From assembly GCA_902529935.1 (NCBI GenBank), contig CABZYK010000001.1, forward strand, positions 92,268 through 156,267: a stretch of 64,000 bases of DNA, given 5' to 3'. The stretch's first letter is position 1; every line of letters begins with the position of its first letter. Below, piece by piece: positions 21,187-31,866 of this stretch. The position numbers and the translations under genes were made by a program. Under the pieces are notes generated by a model. The model had not been told where the DNA came from and searched no databases. It saw nothing but the letters and a program-made list of their open reading frames with translations. The DNA comes from an uncultured SAR86 cluster bacterium. Lineage in GTDB: Bacteria; Pseudomonadota; Gammaproteobacteria; Magnimaribacterales; AG-339-G14.

Positions 21187-23537
21187 GATTCAAGTTTTCT
21201 GGCTATTTCTTCTCTTTCGTATACTTCAATGACATCGCCAACTTTTGCATCAGTATAATTAGTAATTCCTATTCCACATTCGGTGCCGCTTTTTACTTCT
21301 GAAGCCTCATCTTTAAATCTTCTTAGAGAGTCTAATTTTCCTTCATGAATTACAATATTATCTCTTAGAACTCTAACGAGTTTATTTGCCATGATGCTTC
21401 CATCAGTAACCATTGAACCTGCTATCAGGCCGAATTTTGGCGATTTAAATAATTCTTTTACTTCTGCAATGCCCAATTGTCTTTCTTTTATTTCTGGCTC
21501 TAAAGATCCTTCTATCAAAGCTTTAATTGAATCCAGCAAATCGTATATTATTCCGAAATACTTTATCTCTATACCTTCGCTTTCTGCCAAGTTGAGTGCA
21601 GTGGAATCAGCTCTCACGTTGTAGCCAAAAATAGTTGCCTCCGAGGCAATTGCTAAGTTGACATCATTTTCGGTAATAGAGCCCACTCCATCGAGTACAA
21701 TCTTTAAATTAACCTCATCTATCTTCATATTGAGAACTGAACCGGATAGAGCTTCCAATGTTCCGTTAGAGTCTGATTTAAGAATAAGATTTATTGAAGG
21801 TTTAGTTCCATCGGCATTTGCAAATATATTTTCAGAATTTAGAGAACCCATTCTAGAAAGTCTTTTTTCTCTTTCTTTTGTAGCTCTTTCTTCTGATAGA
21901 TTTTTTGCTGTTTTTTCATCTTTTAATACATAAAACTGATCCCCAGCTGATGGAGGATATTCCAAGCCTGATATAGATACTGGCGAGGAAGGTTGTGCAC
22001 TTCTAATTGGTTTTTCATTAAAATCTTTTAGAGCCCTAATTTTTCTGGTTTGATCTCCTACAAGAATAAAGTCACCTGTATTTAGGCTGCCTTGTTGAAT
22101 TAATAATGTAGCAACTGCACCTTCACCTCTTTTTACACCAGATTCTAAAACTACTCCAGTTGCAGGCCCTTCAAAAGATGCCTTCAAGTCCATAATTTCT
22201 GCTACCAAGAAAATTGTTTCTAATAATTCAGGGATTCCTTCTCCGGATTGAGCTGATACGGGAACCATTTGAATATCACCGCCCCAATCTTCTGCAACAA
22301 GTTCTTCCTTGGCTAAATCCCCTTTTATTTTGTCTACATCAGCCTCTGGTTTATCGATTTTATTTATCGCAACCACAATTTGCACACCAGCAGCTTTAGC
22401 ATGATTTATGGCTTCAATCGTTTGAGGTTGAACACCGTCATCAGCAGCAACTACTAGAACAACAATATCTGTAGAATTTGCACCTCTAGCTCTCATTTTT
22501 GAGAATGCAGCGTGTCCTGGTGTATCAATAAATGTGAGATTGTTGTCTTCAATTGATACTTGATAAGCACCTATACTTTGAGTGATGCCTCCCTCTTCTT
22601 TATCTGCAACGGAGGAATTTCTTATGTAATCAAGAAGTGAAGTTTTTCCATGATCAACATGTCCGAGCACAGAGACAATGGCATCTCTTGCAATTTGCTC
22701 TCCCTCTTGAGCAAATCCCTCAAGCATTTTTTCCTCAGCTTCATTTTCTTGAATCGGGTTGCCTACATGACCTAGTTCAGTGGTTATAAGAACTGCGGTT
22801 TCTTGATCAAGAGACTGATTCACAGTAGCCATAATTCCATTATTCATAAGAGCTTTAATAAGGTCAGAAGACTTTACGGAAAGTCCTTTAGCGAGTTCAG
22901 CTACAGAAATAGTTTCAGGGATTGATATTTCTTTCTGAATAAATTCTGCAGGCTTCTCAAATTTTTGGACTGATGCAAGTTGAGATTCTAAAAACTTTTC
23001 ACCTTCTTGTTCTTTTTTATCTAGTTTTGAATCTTTAGCAGGACTTTTGAGATCTTTTCTCTGAGTTTTAGTTGATTTTTTTGGAGAAGTGCTTCCTTTG
23101 CTCTGTTTTGCTTGCTCCTGTTTTGTCTTCCTTATTACCTTTGTAGAAGAATCTTTGATTCTTTTTTCTCTTTCTTCATCTTGAGCTTTCTTATCACTAG
23201 ACGCCTGGACTCTCCTTTTTTCGGCAGCCTCAAAATCAATTGTTCCAGATAAATCTCCTGATGAACTTTTTTCCTTAGCAGATTGACTCTCGGATTTAAA
23301 TCTAGTTATAGAGATTTGTCCTTCATCATTCTTAGTCTCGGTCTTTGTTTTCTTAGCAATAGAAATAGTTTTCTTGGAACCTTTCTTAGTGCTCTTAATA
23401 TGTTCAAGAATTTTTTTTCTATCTTCTGTAGAAATATTATCGTTGGCAGATGATTGAGATAGACCTGCTTGATTTATCGCTTCTAACAATGAATCTACTT
23501 CGTATCCTATGACTTTTGCTAAATCACTTACATCCAT
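21183..23537 (-). CDS. infB: Translation initiation factor IF-2
   Basis: 'GHVDHGKTSLLD', 'DTPGHAAF', 'SLRRFKD'. Confidence 0.98.
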   Translation of the reverse strand: MDVSDLAKVIGYEVDSLLEAINQAGLSQSSANDNISTEDRKKILEHIKSTKKGSKKTISIAKKTKTETKNDEGQISITRFKSESQSAKEKSSSGDLSGTIDFEAAEKRRVQASSDKKAQDEEREKRIKDSSTKVIRKTKQEQAKQSKGSTSPKKSTKTQRKDLKSPAKDSKLDKKEQEGEKFLESQLASVQKFEKPAEFIQKEISIPETISVAELAKGLSVKSSDLIKALMNNGIMATVNQSLDQETAVLITTELGHVGNPIQENEAEEKMLEGFAQEGEQIARDAIVSVLGHVDHGKTSLLDYIRNSSVADKEEGGITQSIGAYQVSIEDNNLTFIDTPGHAAFSKMRARGANSTDIVVLVVAADDGVQPQTIEAINHAKAAGVQIVVAINKIDKPEADVDKIKGDLAKEELVAEDWGGDIQMVPVSAQSGEGIPELLETIFLVAEIMDLKASFEGPATGVVLESGVKRGEGAVATLLIQQGSLNTGDFILVGDQTRKIRALKDFNEKPIRSAQPSSPVSISGLEYPPSAGDQFYVLKDEKTAKNLSEERATKEREKRLSRMGSLNSENIFANADGTKPSINLILKSDSNGTLEALSGSVLNMKIDEVNLKIVLDGVGSITENDVNLAIASEATIFGYNVRADSTALNLAESEGIEIKYFGIIYDLLDSIKALIEGSLEPEIKERQLGIAEVKELFKSPKFGLIAGSMVTDGSIMANKLVRVLRDNIVIHEGKLDSLRRFKDEASEVKSGTECGIGITNYTDAKVGDVIEVYEREEIARKLES

Positions 23538-23542
23538 ATTTT

Positions 23543-25000
23543 TTATTCCTCAAACCAATCAGATCTTGCATCCATAATAATTTTTGCAGCTAATTCTTCA
23601 TCTATTTTGGTCATTTCTACTAATTCATCAACAGATAGATCAGCTAGCTCATCTTTGCTAGATAAATTATCTGAAAGAACTTTTGCAATTTCTTCATCGA
23701 CTTCCTCTAATGAATTAAAGTCAAATGCTTCTTCCATTTCTGAAAGAGCAATTTCAATCAATGCATCAGAAGCTCTTTCAATTAACATTTCGGCAATTTC
23801 TTCTGTAATCTCCTCTATTTCGCAAAGTTTCGATATTTCAGCTTCTGCAATAGAGTTCACTGATTCAAAACCGTTGGAAATTAGAATTTCTGAAGTAGAG
23901 GTATCAATATCTAAGTATTTTTCAAGAGTATTTGAAGCTTGATCAAACCCAGAAGATTCTTTATCTTCATTTTCTCCTCGAATCTGAATGTCCCATCCAA
24001 TTAGTTCTGAGGATAATCTAATATTCTGACCATTTCTTCCTATTGCTTGAGCCAAGCTTTCATCTTTGACCTGAACTTCCATTTTATCTGCATCTTCGTC
24101 TAGAACTATTGAAGTAACTTCAGCTGGTGACAAAGTGTTTATAAGTAATTTTGCTGGATCATCCTCCCAAACAATAATATCAATTCTCTCATTACCTAAT
24201 TCGTTTGAAACTGCTTGAACTCTCGCTCCTCTCATTCCCACACATGCTCCGACGGGATCAATTCTTGTATCGTTTGTTTTAACTGCAATCTTAGACCTTC
24301 CCCCAGGTTCCCTGGCCACAGCTCTTATCTGAACTACTTCTTCAGCTATCTCAGGAACTTCAAGCTTAAATAATTCAACTAGCATCTCTTTTGAACCTCG
24401 AGATAAAGTTAATTGTGATCCTCTATTTTCACGAACAGTCTCTTCAAGAATAGCCCTGACCCTATCTCCGATGCGATATATCTCTCCTTGTATTAAATCT
24501 GATCTAGGGAGAATTGCATCAGCTCCTTCTCCAAGATCAACTATGATTGTTTCTCTAGTAACTTTCTTTACTGTCCCAGTAACAAGTTGACCTAAGTAAG
24601 ATCTGAATTTTTTAATTATCTCAAGCCTTTCTGCATCCCTTACTTTTTGAACAATTACTTGTTTTGCTATTTGAGCAGCAATTCTTCCAAACTCAACATT
24701 TTCAATCTTTTCTTTGACTAAATCGCCAATAGAAAGGTTTTTTTCCTCTGCATCATCACTATCTATAAGAATGTGCATTTCAGGAGTTTCATAGTTATCA
24801 ACTTCGACTACCTCCCAACATCTAAAAGTTTCATAATCTCCTGTCTGGTGATCTATATCCACTCGAATATCTACCTCATCAGAATATTTTTTCTTAGCAG
24901 CGCTAGCTAAAGCAAATTCAATTGCTTCAAAAATAGTATCTTTTGGTAATGCTTTCTCGTTAGAGACCGATTCTGCAACCATTAATATTTCATTATTCAT
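23543..25000 (-). CDS. nusA: Transcription termination/antitermination factor NusA
   Basis: 'FGRIAAQIAKQVI', 'DPVGACVGMRG'; start at MNNEIL with GAGGT SD. Confidence 0.97.
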   Translation of the reverse strand: MNNEILMVAESVSNEKALPKDTIFEAIEFALASAAKKKYSDEVDIRVDIDHQTGDYETFRCWEVVEVDNYETPEMHILIDSDDAEEKNLSIGDLVKEKIENVEFGRIAAQIAKQVIVQKVRDAERLEIIKKFRSYLGQLVTGTVKKVTRETIIVDLGEGADAILPRSDLIQGEIYRIGDRVRAILEETVRENRGSQLTLSRGSKEMLVELFKLEVPEIAEEVVQIRAVAREPGGRSKIAVKTNDTRIDPVGACVGMRGARVQAVSNELGNERIDIIVWEDDPAKLLINTLSPAEVTSIVLDEDADKMEVQVKDESLAQAIGRNGQNIRLSSELIGWDIQIRGENEDKESSGFDQASNTLEKYLDIDTSTSEILISNGFESVNSIAEAEISKLCEIEEITEEIAEMLIERASDALIEIALSEMEEAFDFNSLEEVDEEIAKVLSDNLSSKDELADLSVDELVEMTKIDEELAAKIIMDARSDWFEE

Positions 25001-25457
25001 TTGATACCTCGAAAATTGGTTCAAGTCTTGCGACTATAACTTTGTCAAAATTAATAAAGAATTCGTTTTCATCTTTCAAAAAAATACCTTCCTCATTGGC
25101 ATTAAGCAGTAAAGCAGTTTTGGTTACTTTTTTATTTCCGTCATAAAATTTGACTTTAATCTCATGTCCAATAAATTCATGAAATTGCTCTAATTTAAAG
25201 AATTTCCTATCCAGCCCCGGTGAAGATACTTCTAAAGTATAATCAAATGATACAAGCTCTATATTGGTGAGTAATTCATTCACTTGATTGCTAACTTTCT
25301 GGCAGTCATCTATGTCAACGCCGTTCTTTTTGTCTATAAAAATCCTTATTAATTTTGATCTTGAATTCCCTGATAATTCAATCCCCCATAGAGAGAGACC
25401 AAAAGATTCAATATCTTTTGTAATATTCGTTTCTAACTTTTCTATCGTACTTGTCAT
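24993..25457 (-). CDS. rimP: Ribosome maturation factor RimP
   Basis: 'GVDIDDC', 'YTLEVSSPGLDR'. Confidence 0.95.
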   Translation of the reverse strand: MTSTIEKLETNITKDIESFGLSLWGIELSGNSRSKLIRIFIDKKNGVDIDDCQKVSNQVNELLTNIELVSFDYTLEVSSPGLDRKFFKLEQFHEFIGHEIKVKFYDGNKKVTKTALLLNANEEGIFLKDENEFFINFDKVIVARLEPIFEVSNE

Positions 25458-25466
25458 AACCACATA

Positions 25467-25495
25467 TAAAAGAAGCCCATAAAGGGCCCAAAAAA
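25467..25495 (-). promoter_or_regulatory. rimP leader-like short hairpin with U-rich tail
   Basis: GGGCCC-TTTAT-GGGCTT then CTTTT, between tRNA-fMet and rimP. Confidence 0.5.
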
Positions 25496-25572
<77 letters not shown>

Positions 25573-25590
25573 ATATTCTTAAACTGCGCG

Positions 25591-25619
25591 AGTATAGGTT
25601 TTTAAAGCTTGTTTTTCAA
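25591..25619 (-). promoter_or_regulatory. Sigma70 stable-RNA-type promoter for tRNA-fMet-rimP-nusA-infB
   Basis: TTGAAA-17 nt-TATACT followed by GC-rich discriminator CGCGC. Confidence 0.75.
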
Positions 25620-25625
25620 GTAAAT

Positions 25626-25712
25626 TGGTGCCGAAGAGAGGATTCGAACCTCCACGGACAGTTGTCCACTACCCCCTCAAGATAGCGTGTCTACCAGTTC
25701 CACCACTTCGGC
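25626..25712 (-). tRNA. tRNA-Leu (GAG)
   Basis: GCCGAAG acceptor, CTATC-TTGAGGG-GGTAG arm, long variable arm, CCA end; secG-leuU synteny. Confidence 0.95.
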
Positions 25713-25714
25713 CC

Positions 25715-26029
25715 TTACTCTGGTAATTCTTGAATGATTTCTTCTTCAATCTGTTCAATATTATTTTGATCAATAAGAAAATCAAATTCATTATTAATTT
25801 CATTTTTTTGAACTATTGATATAGAAATAGTTACAACAAAGAATATAACTACTAAAACCCAAGTGACTTTTGTTAATAAATTGGTTGAATCAATAGGGCC
25901 AAGCATTGGATTTGAAGAACCAGAACCAAATGCAGAACCAATATCGGCTCCTTTACCGTGCTGCAACAAAATTATTCCAACCAATAATATGGCTGAAATC
26001 ACTTGGAATATAATCAAAAAAAGAATCAT
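25715..26029 (-). CDS. secG: Preprotein translocase subunit SecG
   Basis: 'ILLQHGKGADIGSAFGSG'. Confidence 0.96.
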   Translation of the reverse strand: MILFLIIFQVISAILLVGIILLQHGKGADIGSAFGSGSSNPMLGPIDSTNLLTKVTWVLVVIFFVVTISISIVQKNEINNEFDFLIDQNNIEQIEEEIIQELPE

Positions 26030-26757
26030 TACTCTAAACTCTGCGCGATATTAGCAAATTCTTTAGGGTCAAGAGAAGCATTTCCTACTAAAAATCCGTC
26101 GATGCCGTCTACTTTGGCAAGGTTCTTAGCACTCTCTGAAGTTACACTGCCCCCATAGACCAATGTCAAATCTCTGCCTAAATTGTCTCTAACTAAATCT
26201 TTTATGAGAAGAGAAACCTCTTCTAAATGCTCGTTTTGGACAGCTATTCCAGAACCAATAGCGTAAATGGGCTCGTAGGCAATCAAAACGCTATTTGATA
26301 AGTTTTTAAGAGGAAATAAATTTTCAGTTAATTGATGTTTTATTTTTTTTTCTGTTCCACCTTCGGAATATTCGTCCTGATTTTCACCAATGCACAAAAT
26401 AGGTATAAGATCGCAATCAAAGGCTGTTTGAACTTTATTAAGAATAGTTTCATCGTCTTCCCCTTGAAGCCTGCTTTCGGAGTGGCCTACTATTGAGTAA
26501 GAAGCTCCAATATTTCTGAGCATTTTCCCTGATATTTGACCAGTAAATGCACCCTCAGTCTCTGAAGATAAATTTTGAGCGCCGATTAAAATTTTTTTGT
26601 GAGTTTTCAATGATTTTTTATAAAAATCATTTATATCCAGATAGTTAGGGCAAATTACTACCTTAATTTCTTCTGAGATTTTATTTAGATCAAAATCTTT
26701 CAGCCATGCATCTAGATTAACAAAGTTCATTTTCCAGTTTGCAACTAAATGCTTCAT
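26029..26757 (-). CDS. tpiA: Triose-phosphate isomerase
   Basis: 'ANWKMN', 'GHSE', 'AYEPIYAIG', 'YGGSV'. Confidence 0.95.
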   Translation of the reverse strand: MKHLVANWKMNFVNLDAWLKDFDLNKISEEIKVVICPNYLDINDFYKKSLKTHKKILIGAQNLSSETEGAFTGQISGKMLRNIGASYSIVGHSESRLQGEDDETILNKVQTAFDCDLIPILCIGENQDEYSEGGTEKKIKHQLTENLFPLKNLSNSVLIAYEPIYAIGSGIAVQNEHLEEVSLLIKDLVRDNLGRDLTLVYGGSVTSESAKNLAKVDGIDGFLVGNASLDPKEFANIAQSLE

Positions 26758-28103
26758 GAAATTGATTCCACGAGATCAGTCAATAAAGCTGATTGCTCTG
26801 AAGTTGCTTCTTGAGAATTACTTTCAACCATTATTCTAATCTTATGTTCTGTGCCAGATTTTCTTATGAGCACTCTGCCGTCAAAAGTTTCTAATAACTC
26901 TTCTGATTTTTTTTGAGCTTTCTGTAATTTTTTATTTTTTAAAACTTTATTTCCATCCTTAACTTTTACATTGGTAAGAATTTGAGGATATTTTTTAAAC
27001 TCTGAAAGTAATTCGGGTATTGTTTTATTTAAAACTACAATAGATTGAAGAAACTGAATCGCAGCGATTATTCCATCTCCAGTATTTGATTTATCTAGGC
27101 AAAGAATATGTCCAGACTGTTCTCCTCCAAGAGTCCAATTAAGTTCATTTAACTTTTGTAAAACATACTTGTCACCAACATCTGATCTCACCAACTCAAT
27201 GCCCTCATCGTTAAAAGCTTTCTCTAACCCTTTATTTGTCATAAGAGTACCAACTACTCCTTTAACGCCAAGATGTATTTTTGACTCAAATTTATTTTTT
27301 GCGATGACATATAAAATATCGTCTCCATCTAATTCTCGACCGTTTGAATCAATAATAATTAATCGATCTCCATCACCATCAAGAGCAATGCCAAAATCTG
27401 CATTTGTATTTAAAACTTCATCTTTTAAAAAATCTATATTGGTACTTCCACAATCTTTGTTAATGTTTAAACCATCTGGACTATCAGCAATCGAATAAAC
27501 TTCGGCTCCTAACTCCTTAAAAACTTTGGGTGCAACTTCATAGGCAGCGCCATTAGCAGAGTCAATAACAAGACTTAAACCTGAAAATGAAATATCTTCA
27601 CTTAAAGTATTCTTACAAAATTCAATGTATCTACCTTTTGCATCACTAATCCTTGCTGCCTTGCCAAGATTTTCAGGATGCACGAATTCATAAGCCTCTT
27701 CAGCAAATTTTTCTATTTCTCTTTCATTCTCAATGGATAACTTTTCTCCATTTTCATCAAAAAATTTAATGCCATTATCTTCAAATGAATTATGTGAGGC
27801 ACTTATTACCACTCCAGCATGGCCTTTGAAAGTAGATACCAGATATGAAATTGCCGGCGTTGGCATAGGACCTACTAATCTGACATTTACTCCAGATGAA
27901 ATAATTCCAGCTTGAAGGGCAGACTCCAGCATGTATCCAGAAATTCTTGTGTCTTTTCCGATTACTAAAGTGTTGATTCCCCTTTTTTTGAAATGTCTCC
28001 CTGCAGCATGACCAAGTTTGAGGACTGACTCTGGATTAACTTCATTATCTATAGATCCTCTTACACCGTCGGTACCAAAAAATATTAGTTTTCTATCTCT
28101 CAT
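26754..28103 (-). CDS. glmM: Phosphoglucosamine mutase
   Basis: 'FGTDGVRG', 'ISASHN', 'DGDGDR', 'GGEQSGH'. Confidence 0.97.
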   Translation of the reverse strand: MRDRKLIFFGTDGVRGSIDNEVNPESVLKLGHAAGRHFKKRGINTLVIGKDTRISGYMLESALQAGIISSGVNVRLVGPMPTPAISYLVSTFKGHAGVVISASHNSFEDNGIKFFDENGEKLSIENEREIEKFAEEAYEFVHPENLGKAARISDAKGRYIEFCKNTLSEDISFSGLSLVIDSANGAAYEVAPKVFKELGAEVYSIADSPDGLNINKDCGSTNIDFLKDEVLNTNADFGIALDGDGDRLIIIDSNGRELDGDDILYVIAKNKFESKIHLGVKGVVGTLMTNKGLEKAFNDEGIELVRSDVGDKYVLQKLNELNWTLGGEQSGHILCLDKSNTGDGIIAAIQFLQSIVVLNKTIPELLSEFKKYPQILTNVKVKDGNKVLKNKKLQKAQKKSEELLETFDGRVLIRKSGTEHKIRIMVESNSQEATSEQSALLTDLVESIS

Positions 28104-28905
28104 AAATACCTAATTTTTCTAATTCCTCTCGAAGGTGTTTAACTTCGTGACTTCTTATTATATTGCTCCCGCCTAGAGCACAAATTATACCACTCAGTAA
28201 GCTAGCTGATAGTTTAGTTTTTGAGGTATCTTTAAAGAAATCTGCAAAAGATTTCTTCCTTGAAGTTCCAGTAAGTATTTTCCTATTTTCTTTTTTGAAA
28301 AAATTTATATTAGTCATCATTAATATATTCTCCAGGGGTGTTTTCCCATAACCAAACCCAGGGTCAAAAAAGCATTGTTTAATGTTTATGCCTTTCGAAA
28401 GATATGATTTTTCTTTAGCCTGAAAGAAGTTATCCACATCCAAAAGAATATTTGATGTTTTTTTTGTTTTATTTCCATGATGAGTTGTGCATATGAAAAG
28501 TTCTTTTTCTTTTGCCAACTTTAACTTCTTTTGAGATATGTTCTTTGATACATCGTTTATAAATTTCATTCCAAATTTAGAAGCTTCGTAGAGAACTTTA
28601 TAATCCCTTGAATCAACGGAGATCATAATATCTTCATCTTTAATCTGTTCTAATATCGGAATCAATCTATCTATCTGGACTTGTGAAGGAATTTCAGTGA
28701 AGCCTGGCCTTGTAGACTCAGCTCCAAAATCTAGAATATCGGCGCCTGCATTTATAAGTTTTTCAACTTTTCTAAGAGCTTTCGATAAATCAACTTTATC
28801 ACCGGAGAATAGATGACCACCATCAGAAAATGAATCTGTAGTTAGATTTATTATGCCCATTAATCTAGGAGACTCTTTTATGAGGCTCCCAGATACAGAA
28901 GGCAT
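28093..28905 (-). CDS. folP: Dihydropteroate synthase
   Basis: 'DSFSDGG', 'GAESTRPG', 'DPGFGYGK', 'GTSRK'. Confidence 0.94.
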   Translation of the reverse strand: MPSVSGSLIKESPRLMGIINLTTDSFSDGGHLFSGDKVDLSKALRKVEKLINAGADILDFGAESTRPGFTEIPSQVQIDRLIPILEQIKDEDIMISVDSRDYKVLYEASKFGMKFINDVSKNISQKKLKLAKEKELFICTTHHGNKTKKTSNILLDVDNFFQAKEKSYLSKGINIKQCFFDPGFGYGKTPLENILMMTNINFFKKENRKILTGTSRKKSFADFFKDTSKTKLSASLLSGIICALGGSNIIRSHEVKHLREELEKLGIYER

Positions 28906-28906
28906 A

Positions 28907-30811
28907 TTAAGTTTGATTTGCAGGTTCTTCTATAGAGGAGCTTTTTTTGCCAGTATTCTTTGGAGCAGAATCATCATCTGACTCTCTTCTTGGTTTAGCC
29001 CCTGCCATAATGTCATCAATTTGAGCTGTATCAAGAGTTTCCAGCTCGACTAAAGACTCAGACATTAAATGAAGTTTATCAATATTATCCTTAAGAATTT
29101 TGGTTGCTCTTTTGTAACAATCATCAATAATCTTCTTGATTTCTTTGTCAATCTTCTCTGCAGTTTGATCAGAAATTCCTTTAGATTGCGAACTAGCTGA
29201 TCTTCCTAGAAAGGGCTCGTCTGAATCTTCGTCGTATTTCATTGGTCCGATTGCAGTTGATAAACCCCATTTAGTGACCATGTTTCTTGCTAAATCTGTA
29301 GCTCTTTCAATGTCATTAGAAGCACCAGTGGTAATGCCTTTATCACCATAAATTAATTCTTCTGCTATCCTGCCACCAAATAAACCACAAATTCTATCGA
29401 GAATTTCTTGTTTGCTGTTACTGTATTTATCCTCTTCAGGGAGAAAGACAGTCACTCCTAAAGCTCTTCCACGAGGAATTATGGATACTTTGTAAACTGG
29501 ATCATGTTCTTCAAGCAATCTTCCAACAATTGCATGACCAGATTCATGGTAAGCAGTTTTAATTTTATCGGCTTCATTCATAACCATGGACTTTCTTTCC
29601 GCACCCATCATGACTTTGTCTTTTGCCAATTCAAGCTCTTCCATAGTAACTTTCTTTTTTCCTGCTCGAGCAGAAAACAAAGCAGCTTCGTTGACCAAAT
29701 TAGCTAAATCAGCGCCTGAAAATCCTGGTGTACCTCTTGCAATAAAGGATACTTCAACATCCTTATCTACTGGCACTTTTCGAATATGCACTTTAAGTAT
29801 TTGCTCTCTACCTTTGATATCTGGCAAAGGAACGACAACCTGTCTATCAAATCTACCAGGCCTCAAAAGAGCTGGATCTAGAACATCAGGTCTATTTGTT
29901 GCAGCAATTATGATGATTCCTTCGTTAGCTTCAAAACCATCCATCTCTACAAGTAGTTGGTTTAGTGTTTGTTCTCTTTCATCATGTCCTCCTCCGAGAC
30001 CCGCACCACGATGTCTTCCAACAGCATCAATCTCATCTATAAACACAATACATGGTGACTGTCTTTTAGCTTGCTCAAACATGTCTCTCACTCTTGAAGC
30101 ACCAACTCCAACAAACATTTCGACAAAATCAGACCCTGATATTGAGAAAAAAGGAACTTTTGCTTCACCTGCTATAGCACGAGCTAACAAAGTTTTACCT
30201 GTTCCTGGAGAACCAACCATTAAAATTCCTCGAGGAATCTTTCCTCCTAATTTTTGAAATTTTGAAGGATCTCTTAAGAAATCGACTAGTTCCTGTACTT
30301 CCTCTTTTGCTTCTTCAACCCCGGCTACATCTGCAAATGAAGTTTTAACTTTCCCACCTTCAAGGAGTTTAGCTTTACTTCGACCAAAGCTCATAGGGCC
30401 ACCTCTACCGCCCATTCCGCCTTGCATCTGCCTCATAAAAAACATGAAAATCGCAATAATTATTAGAATTGGAAAACTTGCAACCAACAATTGAGTCCAA
30501 ATGCTTTCCTGTTGTGGCTCTTCACCTAATACTTGTACTCTATGTTCGAAAAGATCATCCATCAATTGATTGTCTTGCACATAGACTGGACGTGTTGTTT
30601 TAAATTGAGAGCCATCTTGAAGTGTACCTTCAAGAGTATATCCATCACCTTTGAACTCTACAGATGAAACTTGATCTGAATTTACAAGAGACACAAACTC
30701 AGAATAGTTCATCGAAGAAGAAGTTGCTGGACCCGAGAGACTTTGAATGACAAAAAAGGTAGTACCAGCAATTGCCAACCAAAGGAAAATATTTCTTAGA
30801 AAATCTGACAT
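28907..30811 (-). CDS. ftsH: ATP-dependent zinc metalloprotease FtsH
   Basis: Two TMs, Walker A 'GSPGTGKT', 'HESGH'. Confidence 0.98.
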   Translation of the reverse strand: MSDFLRNIFLWLAIAGTTFFVIQSLSGPATSSSMNYSEFVSLVNSDQVSSVEFKGDGYTLEGTLQDGSQFKTTRPVYVQDNQLMDDLFEHRVQVLGEEPQQESIWTQLLVASFPILIIIAIFMFFMRQMQGGMGGRGGPMSFGRSKAKLLEGGKVKTSFADVAGVEEAKEEVQELVDFLRDPSKFQKLGGKIPRGILMVGSPGTGKTLLARAIAGEAKVPFFSISGSDFVEMFVGVGASRVRDMFEQAKRQSPCIVFIDEIDAVGRHRGAGLGGGHDEREQTLNQLLVEMDGFEANEGIIIIAATNRPDVLDPALLRPGRFDRQVVVPLPDIKGREQILKVHIRKVPVDKDVEVSFIARGTPGFSGADLANLVNEAALFSARAGKKKVTMEELELAKDKVMMGAERKSMVMNEADKIKTAYHESGHAIVGRLLEEHDPVYKVSIIPRGRALGVTVFLPEEDKYSNSKQEILDRICGLFGGRIAEELIYGDKGITTGASNDIERATDLARNMVTKWGLSTAIGPMKYDEDSDEPFLGRSASSQSKGISDQTAEKIDKEIKKIIDDCYKRATKILKDNIDKLHLMSESLVELETLDTAQIDDIMAGAKPRRESDDDSAPKNTGKKSSSIEEPANQT

Positions 30812-30814
30812 AAC

Positions 30815-31387
30815 TTATTTCAATTTATTTTGTGCAATAACATAAATTTCTTTAGATGTTTTTCTTGATGCATCTGGCTTATAAAAAGTTACGTTACTGA
30901 AGTGGTTTAATAAAGATCTTTTTAGATCATTTTTTGAATTTTCAAAACATTTTGCTATCAGAGAACCTCCTTTCATTAAAGAGGAGTTACAAAAATCAAC
31001 GACATTATTTAATAGTTCAAGCATGTTTTCTTTATCTGTAATAGCTATACCACTTATATTGGGCGCAATATCAGAAATTACAACATTAAAATCAAGATTA
31101 ATAAATTTCTTTATATCTTTATCCCTAAAATCAAATTCTATAAATTCAACCCCATTTATGGGTTTCATTGGAATGATATCTAAAGCAAATACTTTTCCTG
31201 AATTGCCTACTAATTCTTTTGCTACTTGACTCCAACCGCCTGGAGAACTGCCTAAATCCATCACAGAGCAACCCTTTTTGAGAAGATTAAATTTGTTATT
31301 TATTTGATGAAGCTTAAAGGCTGCTCTCGATCTATACCCCCTAGACTTAGCAAGCTTATTAAAGTGCTCGCCTCCCGAATATGACAT
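30815..31387 (-). CDS. rlmE: 23S rRNA Um2552 methyltransferase
   Basis: 'YRSRAAFKL', 'DLGSSPGGWSQ', 'SDIAPN', 'KPDASR..SKEIY'. Confidence 0.95.
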   Translation of the reverse strand: MSYSGGEHFNKLAKSRGYRSRAAFKLHQINNKFNLLKKGCSVMDLGSSPGGWSQVAKELVGNSGKVFALDIIPMKPINGVEFIEFDFRDKDIKKFINLDFNVVISDIAPNISGIAITDKENMLELLNNVVDFCNSSLMKGGSLIAKCFENSKNDLKRSLLNHFSNVTFYKPDASRKTSKEIYVIAQNKLK

Positions 31388-31864
31388 TTAAATGTGAGAA
31401 ACCTCTAGGATCTCATACTCTTTGATGCCTGAGGGACTTTCAAATTTTGTAGCTTCTCCTTCTTCTTTACCTATGAGAGATCTTGCCAAAGGGGAAGAAT
31501 AAGATATTTTTCCATTTTTCACGTTTGCTTCATCCTCTCCTACAATTTGATAGCTGATTTTTTCATCGTTTTGCATATCTAGGAGGGAAACCGTAGATCC
31601 AAAAATGACCCTTCCTGTACATTCAATTTTTTTGATATCTATAATTTGAGATGCACTCAATTTTCCTTCAATTTCTCTTATTCTCGCTTCGGTAAGACCT
31701 TGCTGTTCTTTGGCAGCATGATATTCGGCATTTTCTTTAAGATCGCCAAATTCTCTTGCTTCGGCAATTTTTTTGGTAATGTTTGGTCTAACATCTGTAA
31801 TTAGATGCTGTAATTCCGTTCGAAGGCTTTCTTCTCCCTCGACTGTCATTGGCTCTCTGTTCAA
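31388..31864 (-). CDS. greA: Transcription elongation factor GreA
   Basis: '[14 protein letters not shown]', '[14 protein letters not shown]'. Confidence 0.97.
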   Translation of the reverse strand: MNREPMTVEGEESLRTELQHLITDVRPNITKKIAEAREFGDLKENAEYHAAKEQQGLTEARIREIEGKLSASQIIDIKKIECTGRVIFGSTVSLLDMQNDEKISYQIVGEDEANVKNGKISYSSPLARSLIGKEEGEATKFESPSGIKEYEILEVSHI

Positions 31865-31866
31865 TT

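Noticed and set aside
29586-30257. 223-aa ORF antisense to ftsH
   Set aside because: Shadow frame of a highly conserved gene; Ser/Pro-rich with no motifs.
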